From the NCBI GenBank assembly GCA_964291235.2, contig OZ219816.1, forward strand, positions 1,632,001-1,696,000: DNA of 64,000 nt. The letters run 5' to 3'. Origin of the DNA: Vicinamibacteria bacterium. Lineage in GTDB: Bacteria > Acidobacteriota > Vicinamibacteria > Marinacidobacterales > Marinacidobacteraceae. The position numbers were made by a program, and so were the translations under genes. Below, piece by piece: positions 56,225-64,000 of this stretch; the first letter of the stretch is position 1; the number at the start of each line of letters is the position of its first letter. The notes under the pieces were generated by a model. The model saw only the letters and a list, made by a program, of their open reading frames with translations. It was not told the origin of the DNA and made no database searches.

Positions 56225-57172
56225 TCAGAAGTAGTGCTTGAGCACCAGCGCGACTTCCCGGTATCCGAGGCCGCCGAGGCCGATGTCCACCCCGAACGGA
56301 GTCACCCCGTCGGCCTGGACCGGCGCGTGGCTGCGGATCAGGTCGTACTCCGTGGTGGTGGTGAGTTCCCCGAATCGGCCCCAGCGAACCTTGATCCCTA
56401 TCAACGCCTCGCCCAGATTCATATCGACCCCGACGATGAACTGGTATCCCGGGACCCAGCCGTCCATCTCGGCATTGAGCAGGCTGGCGGTTCCCGCGGC
56501 CGCGCGCTTGGCTTCCTCCGGCCAGTCGGGAACGAACTCGATGGCGAGGTAGTCCGGCTCCGGTTTGCGGACCCAGCTCGCTGCGTAGTGGGCCTCGACC
56601 TGCGCCAACCCGAACCCGAACCCCGCGTAGGGAGTCCACCGCGTCCGGTTCTCGTAGTCGTAGTAGAGGTTCAGGAAGATCTCTTCGGACTTGACGTCGG
56701 AGAGCGTCTCCTCCGGGGCCACCGCCCATTCGCCGTTCTTGCCGGTCACGGCTTCATCGCCGCCGGCCAGGTTGATCGGACGGGTGTCCCGTCCGTGACC
56801 ACGTAACCGGAAATCCAGCTCGGCGCGAAACGCGCCGATCGTGACGCCGACGGTCGAGCCATAGCCGAATCCGGTCCCCACGTCGAAAGAGTTCGTGAGT
56901 GAGGCGGTCGCTTCGCGGGCTCTGCAGGCGGCATCGTTCGGCGGCGTCAGTCCCGGGGGATAGAGGAGCGTGTCGCACCGCGTCGGGTGGTTCAGGAACG
57001 TCTGGGAGGATGTCGCCATCTGTGCCCGGGGACCACCCTCTTCGAACCCGATGTAGAGGCGTTGGGCCCCCGCGTCAGCGGCGGCGGCGAGCAGTGCCGC
57101 GCCCACCAGGATGCTGGCGGCGGCAGGCCGGCCCAAGAGGAATTGCAACGCCGGGCTGGTTGTTTGGTCCAT
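56225..57172 (-). CDS. Outer-membrane beta-barrel protein (opacity/OmpA-like barrel)
   Basis: Signal peptide; G--FRAELDF, FLNLYYDY, TPYAGFGFG, GYQF--GV and C-terminal YF. Confidence 0.8.
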   Translation of the reverse strand: MDQTTSPALQFLLGRPAAASILVGAALLAAAADAGAQRLYIGFEEGGPRAQMATSSQTFLNHPTRCDTLLYPPGLTPPNDAACRAREATASLTNSFDVGTGFGYGSTVGVTIGAFRAELDFRLRGHGRDTRPINLAGGDEAVTGKNGEWAVAPEETLSDVKSEEIFLNLYYDYENRTRWTPYAGFGFGLAQVEAHYAASWVRKPEPDYLAIEFVPDWPEEAKRAAAGTASLLNAEMDGWVPGYQFIVGVDMNLGEALIGIKVRWGRFGELTTTTEYDLIRSHAPVQADGVTPFGVDIGLGGLGYREVALVLKHYF

Positions 57173-57330
57173 GGAACCTCTCAGCCTCCAATACGCGGCG
57201 GGAGCCAGCCCTATTACAGCGGCGCGTAGCGCCGCGGGCGGTTCCTCGCCGCTCGCGCTCACGGGGTCCCCTCAGAGAGGGAGCCATGGTGACGCTGGGG
57301 AGTCCGGCCCGCCGCCCCGCTTTGCGGGGC

Positions 57331-57357
57331 TGTGCCGGCCTGGAGGCCGGCGTTCCC
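57331..57357. repeat. REP-like palindrome
   Basis: TGTGCCGGCCTGGAGGCCGGCGTTCCC. Confidence 0.75.
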
Positions 57358-57403
57358 GTGCCCGTGCGCCGCTGGGGCTGCTGGGCGGGGCGGCTCGACC
57401 GAC

Positions 57404-58222
57404 CTACCTGGCCCGGTACGCGATCACGTTGTGGGCGGGCAGCGTGAGGCGGCTCTCGATAACGCCACCGGCGCCTTGGATGCGGTCGGCAAGCTCCGGA
57501 ACTGTCATCAACTCCCGATACCCGGTGTTCAGTTCGTCCGCGAAGGCGCGGTAGAAGAGGCGCACCGCGAGCCGGTCGCGGGGACAACTGCAGATCTGGA
57601 GTCCGCCGGGGTTCAGGAACCGCCGGAAGTGCGCGATGAGCCTCGCCTTGCCCGGGTCGTCGAAATGCTCGATCAGGCCCCAGTCGATCCCGATGTCGAA
57701 TCGTCCGTCGGGGACGACGTCGAAGAAGTTCCGCCGCAGGTAGATCCACCGGTCGAGATCGCGCTCCACGACGATCTCGCGCGCTCCCGATCCGCGCGGC
57801 GCCCGGACGCGCACCCGCCGTGGCGCCCGCTGGAATCGTTCGTACGCCGCCGGGTCTTCATCGATCAGCACGACCTCGCCTCCCGCGCCGAAAAGCGCCT
57901 GGAGGATCGCGGCCTCCCAGCCCGCCTCGGCGCCGAAGAACACGATGCTCGGGTCGCGCGGAACACGAAGTAGGGAGAGGGCCCTCAGCTTCCCGGCAAA
58001 GTCATGGACCGCATCCCGCCGCTGCTGGGCGCACGCCAGCGCGAGGCGCAGGAGGCGCATCCCCGCCGGGCCGCGGTAGCCCCGGTTGATCTCCCGCCAG
58101 GGCGTCATCAGGAACCGTTCGAAGTTGGCGTTGAAGAGCGCCCAGTCCATCGCTCCCGAGCGCTCGGGGTCCCGCACCCGCACCGGATCGAAGCCGCGCG
58201 CCAACGGCAGGGTCACATGCAT
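57404..58222 (-). CDS. Class I SAM-dependent methyltransferase-like protein
   Basis: VFFGAEAG motif I variant, NFFD, FDI----GLIEHF and L-PGG. Confidence 0.7.
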   Translation of the reverse strand: MHVTLPLARGFDPVRVRDPERSGAMDWALFNANFERFLMTPWREINRGYRGPAGMRLLRLALACAQQRRDAVHDFAGKLRALSLLRVPRDPSIVFFGAEAGWEAAILQALFGAGGEVVLIDEDPAAYERFQRAPRRVRVRAPRGSGAREIVVERDLDRWIYLRRNFFDVVPDGRFDIGIDWGLIEHFDDPGKARLIAHFRRFLNPGGLQICSCPRDRLAVRLFYRAFADELNTGYRELMTVPELADRIQGAGGVIESRLTLPAHNVIAYRAR

Positions 58223-58244
58223 GAAGGTTCACTCCGCAAGGAAT

Positions 58245-59273
58245 ATGCTCACCATGTCCATGCTGTCCCCGCGCCGGAAAACCCTAACGGCCTCCGGCAT
58301 CCTCGCGCTCGGGCTGACGGGGGCGGCGCTCGGGGCGGGCGGTTGCGGCGCCGCCCCGGCCCCTTCTCCGGCCGAAATCGGCCAACAGATCGCCGACGCG
58401 ATCCAAGGCGTCGATGCCGCCGGATTCACGAACCTCGGGTTGAGCGCCTGGATCGGCCCGGGGAGCGGAGACGCACTCTACGAGGCCTCCGCGGATGTCC
58501 CCCGCCCCGCCGCCAGTGCGATCAAGACCTCCTACCTCGTGGAGTTCTTCTCCGACCGGGCGGAGCGCCTCGATGAGGCCGTCCCCGGGGCCGCCGAAGT
58601 CGTCGGCAACCCGGAGCACCCGGCCATTGTCCACTTCGACCCGGAGGTCCAGGCCGAGATCCGGGAGCACCTGGAAACCGCCACCGCGAGAACCGTCGGC
58701 CGCCACATGATCCGGGGCACCGGAGTTTCGAACCCGGTGTACAACGCGGCCGCGAACCTGGTCACCGCGTTCCTCGGCGGACCGCCCGAGCTGACTGCCC
58801 GGGTCCACGCCCGCCATCCGGACTTTGGCGGGATCGAGTCCCGGCGCTACATGCTCGCGGCGCGCGACGTGACCGGCGACAACGAGGCCACCGCGGCCTC
58901 GCTGGCGGCCGTGCTTTCCGCCGTCGCGCGGGGCGACGTCCCGGGCCTTTCTCCCGAAGCCCACGAGGCGATGCGCGACATCCTGTTCCTGGAGGAAACG
59001 GAGGAAGGCCGGCACTTCTACAAGGGCGGCTCGCTCAACTCGAATCCCATCACCCGAGTGCTGTCCGGCTACTGGCAAAACCCCGGGGAACCTCCGGGCC
59101 GCGAGCTCGTTTATGCCTTCATGGCCCAGATTCCGGGACCCGGAAGCGTCGCTCCCGGCGATCTCGAAGCCGGCGATGCCGGCCGGCGGCTTCAGGACTA
59201 CCTCGATGCGCTGCGGGCGGCCGCCCTCCCCGTCGCCCGCGCATGGATGAACGACGAGGACGCGTCCCGGTGA
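58245..59273 (+). CDS. Serine hydrolase, class A beta-lactamase-like fold, probable lipoprotein
   Basis: PAASAIK (SxxK), MI----SN---NAAAN, N-ATA and YKGG-L; GAGGC lipobox-like; start uncertain. Confidence 0.7.
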   Translation: MLTMSMLSPRRKTLTASGILALGLTGAALGAGGCGAAPAPSPAEIGQQIADAIQGVDAAGFTNLGLSAWIGPGSGDALYEASADVPRPAASAIKTSYLVEFFSDRAERLDEAVPGAAEVVGNPEHPAIVHFDPEVQAEIREHLETATARTVGRHMIRGTGVSNPVYNAAANLVTAFLGGPPELTARVHARHPDFGGIESRRYMLAARDVTGDNEATAASLAAVLSAVARGDVPGLSPEAHEAMRDILFLEETEEGRHFYKGGSLNSNPITRVLSGYWQNPGEPPGRELVYAFMAQIPGPGSVAPGDLEAGDAGRRLQDYLDALRAAALPVARAWMNDEDASR

Positions 59274-60553
59274 AGCAGCTCACCCTCCTCGCCGTCCTGT
59301 TGTTGACCGCCCCTGCCGCGCACGGTGAGGACTGGCCCCAGTGGCGCGGCCCGAACAGGGACGGCATCTCCGAGGAGACCGGACTTCTCCAGAGCTGGCC
59401 CGAGGGCGGCCCCCGTCTGGTTTTCCGCGCCGAGGGCCTCGGCGCCGGGTATTCGACAGTCTCGGTCGCGGGCGGGCGCGTTCACACGCTGGGAATGCTC
59501 TCGGGCCGCGAGTGGGTGATCACGCTCGATGCGGAAACCGGAGCCCAACTCTGGGCGACCCCGCACGGCGAGGGGTACCGGGACGGCCGCGGCGACGGCC
59601 CGCGGGGCGTCCCGACCGTGGTCGGGGGCCGGGTGTTCGCCCTGGGCGCGCAGGGCCAGCTCACCGCGCTCGACGCCGCGAACGGGCAGATCCTCTGGAC
59701 CGTCAACCTGCTGCAGCAGTTCGGGGGCCGGAACATCAGTTGGGGGATCAGCGAATCGCCCCTCGTGCAGGACGGCCGGGTGCTGGTGTCGCCGGGCGGC
59801 CGGAGAGTCGGCTTCGCCGCGCTGGACGCCGAGACCGGCGAACTCGTCTGGGGCGTCGAGGGCGACGAAGCCGGATACGCCTCCCCGCTGCCGCTGGACC
59901 TCCCGGGAGCCCCGCATATCGTCTTCTTCAGTGGCGAGCGCGCCGCGGGCATCCGGGCGGAAGACGGCGAGCTGCTGTGGAGCTACCGCCGCGCCTCGAA
60001 CCGGACCGCGAACATCGCCACCCCGATCCTGGTATCGAACCGCGGGAGCACGGCGGAAGTGTTCCTGTCGTCGGACTACGGGACCGGAGGCGCCCTTGTC
60101 GAACTGCGCACGGACGGCGCCGGCGGGGTGACCGCGGAGGAGAAGTACTTCACCCGGAACATGCGCGCCCACCACGCGACGCCGATCCTGCACGAGGGCG
60201 TGCTCTACGGGTTTTCCGGGTCCATCTTCAGCGCGCTCGACATCGAAACCGGGGCGTTGTTCTGGCGCGACCGCTCGATCCGCAAGGGCTCGCTCACCTT
60301 CGCGGACAATCGGATCTACGTGTTCAGCGAGCGCGGAGACGTCGCCCTCGTGGAACCCTCGCGCGCCGGCTACCAGGAACGCGGCCGCTTCGAACTCCGC
60401 CGGCGGGACCGTTCCGGGGAAAACACCTGGAGCCATCCGGTGGTCGCGAACGGCTTCCTCTACCTCCGCGACCAGGACGTGCTGCTCGCCTACGACGTGC
60501 GGGACAGACCGCAGGCGGCGCAAGCAGCACGGAGCGTCACCGCAAGCCCCTAA
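59270..60553 (+). CDS. PQQ-like beta-propeller repeat protein (BamB-like)
   Basis: DWPQWRGP-RDG, repeated LDA-TG---W, GYASP and WSHPVV-NG-LYLR. Confidence 0.9.
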   Translation: MKQLTLLAVLLLTAPAAHGEDWPQWRGPNRDGISEETGLLQSWPEGGPRLVFRAEGLGAGYSTVSVAGGRVHTLGMLSGREWVITLDAETGAQLWATPHGEGYRDGRGDGPRGVPTVVGGRVFALGAQGQLTALDAANGQILWTVNLLQQFGGRNISWGISESPLVQDGRVLVSPGGRRVGFAALDAETGELVWGVEGDEAGYASPLPLDLPGAPHIVFFSGERAAGIRAEDGELLWSYRRASNRTANIATPILVSNRGSTAEVFLSSDYGTGGALVELRTDGAGGVTAEEKYFTRNMRAHHATPILHEGVLYGFSGSIFSALDIETGALFWRDRSIRKGSLTFADNRIYVFSERGDVALVEPSRAGYQERGRFELRRRDRSGENTWSHPVVANGFLYLRDQDVLLAYDVRDRPQAAQAARSVTASP

Positions 60554-60585
60554 GAAAAGAGGCCGAAGCGGTACAGTAGCCATCC

Positions 60586-61173
60586 ATGGCTGCTGGCAAT
60601 CACTCCCCCGCATCCACACCTGACCCGGCCCCCACGGCTCCCGGAAGGGGACTGCTGGAGCGGGCCATCGCAGTCCTGAGCTTCCGGCCCGGCAGTTTCC
60701 GGTCGATCGCAGCCGCTCCCAGCACCTCGCAGAGCCTGATCGTGGCCCTGATCGGGTTTGCGCTCGCGGGAAGCGTCGGCACCTTGGCGCTGATGCTCAC
60801 CCTGGTCTACCCGATCGCCCTGCTGCTGGAGCTGGTGCTGAGCGGTTACATCTCCAGGTTTGTGGCCTCGATGGTGCTCGGCGAGGCGCGCGCCCAGAGT
60901 CTGCCGCCCTACCCGGACTGGGTTAGGGCCCACATGTTCACCGCCGCGCCCCTGGTGCTGGGGGTCGTGCCGCTCCTGGGCTTTGTCGCGATCCCCTACC
61001 AGTGGGTCCTCAAGGTTTTTTCGTTCAAGGACATGTCCGGTTGCTCAACCGGCGAGGGCGTGGTGATCCTGCTGGTCACATTCGTGCTGCCCTTCCTCGC
61101 CGGGATCATCGCTTCCGCCGTCTTCGGGGTCGGACTCCTGGGGCTTGTGGGAATCGGCGCACTCGCTTCGTAA
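60586..61173 (+). CDS. Membrane protein (Yip1-like)
   Basis: About five hydrophobic helices; AAPL-LG-VP-LG pattern. Confidence 0.55.
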   Translation: MAAGNHSPASTPDPAPTAPGRGLLERAIAVLSFRPGSFRSIAAAPSTSQSLIVALIGFALAGSVGTLALMLTLVYPIALLLELVLSGYISRFVASMVLGEARAQSLPPYPDWVRAHMFTAAPLVLGVVPLLGFVAIPYQWVLKVFSFKDMSGCSTGEGVVILLVTFVLPFLAGIIASAVFGVGLLGLVGIGALAS

Positions 61174-61460
61174 CGCGGGCCTGCCGGCGACGCCTGCAGT
61201 CAGGCGCGCAGCGGGGATTCGGACCGCAATGACGGCTTGTCCTTGCCTCGGCGCCCCCGCCGGGAGGGGAACCATCCTGACGCCGGAGGTTCCATCCCGC
61301 CGCCCCCTCCCCGGCGGGCGGCACCGGATCGGACGCATCTTCACACCGACTTCTCCACAAGGTGCTCCGCAAGTGAGAAGAAACCGACCGAAAACTCGTC
61401 TATAGGGGAGAGGAGGCACCCGGCCTCTTTCCCGTTTTCGCCTCCACGAAGGGACTCCCC

Positions 61461-61964
61461 ATGACGCAATCCACACCGGACTCGCCCACCCCCGAAACCA
61501 CGAGCGCCCCGCCCCCGGCGGCGACCGACATCCCGCCTCCTGCGCCGGATGCCGGCAAGGCGAATCCGCCCGTCCCGAGCGCGCTCTTCCGCGCGCTCGT
61601 GGACGCCGGCGCGGACGCGGAGCTCGCCTATACTGCGGATCGCCAAGCTGGCACCATGATCGAGAGCATCCTCGCCGCGCAGTTGCAGCCGCTCGCAGCC
61701 CGGATGGACCGCCTATTCGACGCGCAGGAACGCCGGTTCGACGCGCAGTTGCAGCCGCTCGCAGCCCGGATGGACCACCTATTCGACGAGCAGAATCGCC
61801 GGTTCGACGAGCAGGACCGCCGGTTCGACGAGCAGGCACGAAAGCTCGCCGAACACGATCGGAAGCTGGATGTGCTCGCCGCGCAGATGCGTCTGCTGCT
61901 GGGCGGTTTCGGCCTCCTGATCACGGCCCTCATCGCGGTCTTCGGCATCCTGTTCGCCCGCTGA
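61461..61964 (+). CDS. Coiled-coil protein with C-terminal TM anchor (DUF1640/Bdr-like)
   Basis: LFRALVDAGA--E-AY-A, RFDEQ heptads, internal 66-bp duplication and hydrophobic tail. Confidence 0.7.
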   Translation: MTQSTPDSPTPETTSAPPPAATDIPPPAPDAGKANPPVPSALFRALVDAGADAELAYTADRQAGTMIESILAAQLQPLAARMDRLFDAQERRFDAQLQPLAARMDHLFDEQNRRFDEQDRRFDEQARKLAEHDRKLDVLAAQMRLLLGGFGLLITALIAVFGILFAR

Positions 61965-61983
61965 ACGCATCCCCGCTTCCGGT

Positions 61984-62010
61984 TGTGCCGGTTCGGAGGC
62001 CGGCGCTCCC
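61984..62010. repeat. REP-like palindrome between convergent genes
   Basis: TGTGCCGGTTCGGAGGCCGGCGCTCCC. Confidence 0.65.
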
Positions 62011-62029
62011 TTTGAAAGCCGGGCTGAAT

Positions 62030-64000
62030 CTACCGAGCGCGGGCGGCCACCCACTCCTCCATCCGTTCGTAGAGCGTCGGGAGCACGACCAGGGTCAGCA
62101 GCGTCGAGGTGACGATGCCCCCGATCACCACGGTGGCCAGCGGCCGCTGCACCTCGGCCCCCGCGCCCTGTGACAGCGCCATCGGCAGGAAACCGATCGA
62201 GGCCACGGTGGCCGTCATCAGCACCGGCTTCAGCCGCGATCCCGCGCCGCCTACGATCGCTTCCCGGAGCCCGAGCCCCTCGTCCTCCCGGAGCGCCCGG
62301 ATCGCGGCGAGCATCACGATCCCGTTGAGCGTCGCGATTCCGAAGAGGGCGATCAGGCCCACCGAGGCGGACAGGTTGAGCGTCAGTCCCCGGATCCAGA
62401 GGGCCGCGATCCCGCCCACCGCGGCGAACGGCACGTTCAGGAGGATCAGCAGCGCCCAGCGGACCCGGCGGAAGGTGACGAACAGCAGCCCGAAAATGAT
62501 CGCGATGGAAAGCGGCACCACCAGCGCGAGCCGCGACGTGGCCCGCTGCTGGTTCTCGAACTGGCCGCCCCAGGTCAGGTAGTACCCGGAGGGCACCGCC
62601 ACCGCCTCCTCGATCCGGTCCTCCGCCTCGGCCACAAAACTGCCCACGTCGCGGCCCCGGACATTCGTCTGGACCACCAGGCGGCGCTCGCCGTTTTCGT
62701 GGTTGATCGCCTCCGGAGTGGGCGCGGCGGCAATTTCCGCGATCCGGCCCAGCGGGATCCGCTCACCCCCGGGGGCGACGATGGGCAGCGACGCCAGCGC
62801 GGCGGCGTCGGCGCGGCTCTCGGGCGGGAAGCGCACCACCACCGGAAAGCGCCGGGCGCCGTCGAGCATTTCAGTGACCACACTCCCGGCGACGGCGGTC
62901 TCGACGAACTCCTGCACGTCACCCACGTGGAGCCCGTAGCGGGCGAGGGCTTCCCGGTCGAGGCGGACTTCGAGCTGCGCGGCTCCGGACAGGACCTCCA
63001 CCTGGGCGTCGGCGGCGCCGGGGACGGCCTCGATCACCCGCAGCACCTCCACCCCCAACCGTTCGAGGACCGCGGCGTCGGGCCCGAAGATCTTCACCGC
63101 GACGTCCGCCTTGATCCCGGAGACGACCTCGTCGAGGCGCATGGCCATCGGCTGGGTGAAGTTCACCGAAAGCCCGGGGATCTCCGCAAGCGACGCCGCC
63201 ATCGCGTCGATCAGCGCCTCCTTCGAACGCCCGCTCGCCCACTCCTCGTCCGGATGGAGCAGCACGTACACGTCGCCCTGGTAGATGCCCATGGCCTCGG
63301 TGGCCAAGTCCGGCCGGCCCATCTTGGTGACGATCTCCGACACCTCGTCGAACTCGGCGAGCAGCTTCCGTTCCACGCGCGTCGAGATCTCCACGGATTC
63401 CTCGAGCGACACCGAGGGCAGCTTCCGGGTCTCGATCAGGATCGAACCCTCGTCCAGCCGCGGCATGAACTCCGTGCCGAGGAACGGAATGGACCCGACC
63501 GCCGTCAGGATGATGACCGTCGCGATGCCGACCGTCGCCGCCTTCCGGGACATGGCGACCCGCAACACGCCGAGATACCACTCGCGGAGCCGTACGAACC
63601 AGGATGCCTCGCGGTGGACGCCGCCGAACTTCAGCAGGAAGGACGAGACCACCGGGACACCGGTGAGCGAGAGGAGGAGCGACCCAAAGAGCGCCGAGCA
63701 GACCGTGATGGCCATCGGCCGGAACATCTTCCCCTCGAGACCTTCGAGGGTGAGGATCGGCAGATAGACCGCAATGATGATCAGCACCCCGAAGAGCACC
63801 GGCCGGGCAACTTCCACCGCGGCGCCGCGGATGAGGGCGACGCGCCCCCCGGGTTCCCCGCCGTCCCCCCCACCGGCCGCCCGGCGCCGCACGAAGCTCT
63901 CCATCATCACCACCGCGCCGTCCACGATGAGCCCGAAATCAATGGCGCCGAGCGACATCAGGTTCGCCGAAATGCCGAACAGCCGCATGCCCGTGAAACC
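62030..64000 (-). CDS. CusA/CzcA family heavy-metal efflux RND transporter (5' part outside window)
   Basis: ANLMSLGAIDFGLIVDGAVV--E, EGKMFRPMA, GTEFMP-LDEG, WGGQFEN, R--PVLMTA and GAEVQRPLATVVIGG. Confidence 0.95.
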   Translation of the reverse strand, partial: GFTGMRLFGISANLMSLGAIDFGLIVDGAVVMMESFVRRRAAGGGDGGEPGGRVALIRGAAVEVARPVLFGVLIIIAVYLPILTLEGLEGKMFRPMAITVCSALFGSLLLSLTGVPVVSSFLLKFGGVHREASWFVRLREWYLGVLRVAMSRKAATVGIATVIILTAVGSIPFLGTEFMPRLDEGSILIETRKLPSVSLEESVEISTRVERKLLAEFDEVSEIVTKMGRPDLATEAMGIYQGDVYVLLHPDEEWASGRSKEALIDAMAASLAEIPGLSVNFTQPMAMRLDEVVSGIKADVAVKIFGPDAAVLERLGVEVLRVIEAVPGAADAQVEVLSGAAQLEVRLDREALARYGLHVGDVQEFVETAVAGSVVTEMLDGARRFPVVVRFPPESRADAAALASLPIVAPGGERIPLGRIAEIAAAPTPEAINHENGERRLVVQTNVRGRDVGSFVAEAEDRIEEAVAVPSGYYLTWGGQFENQQRATSRLALVVPLSIAIIFGLLFVTFRRVRWALLILLNVPFAAVGGIAALWIRGLTLNLSASVGLIALFGIATLNGIVMLAAIRALREDEGLGLREAIVGGAGSRLKPVLMTATVASIGFLPMALSQGAGAEVQRPLATVVIGGIVTSTLLTLVVLPTLYERMEEWVAARAR

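Overview
High-GC (roughly 70% by eye) bacterial chromosomal window. Gene content (multiheme-TPR/CRTAC1 cluster, Calx-beta surface protein, many peptidases and amidohydrolases) resembles host-associated Acidobacteriota such as sponge symbionts; this taxonomy is inference only. Most of the window is housekeeping or catabolic: methylmalonyl-CoA mutase 3' end, UDG, RNase HII, ptrB, MATE, ddl, panE, ilvD, prolyl oligopeptidase, groES-groEL and a CusA/CzcA RND transporter. The main accessory feature is an ~8.2 kb integrative island (about 40849-49048). It has a P4-type tyrosine integrase, is bounded by a 10-bp direct repeat inside a structured ~210-bp tandem repeat, and carries two inverted oriT-like sites. 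Those sites flank a divergent sigma-70 factor, a membrane protein and two paralogous secreted peptides with mirror-symmetric CX10CX14C-loop-CX14CX10C spacing. The island also carries a third CX10C-hairpin gene with a poly-G frameshift between IS-like ends, an IS1-like remnant and a clostripain-like protease. Elsewhere: an orphan cI/cro-like pair whose AT-rich start motif recurs upstream of the Calx-beta gene, a REP family with two ~220-bp REP-bounded elements, a Phd-VapC TA pair, an orphan antitoxin remnant, and three +1 homopolymer frameshifts. All family assignments come from motif recognition, not database searches.
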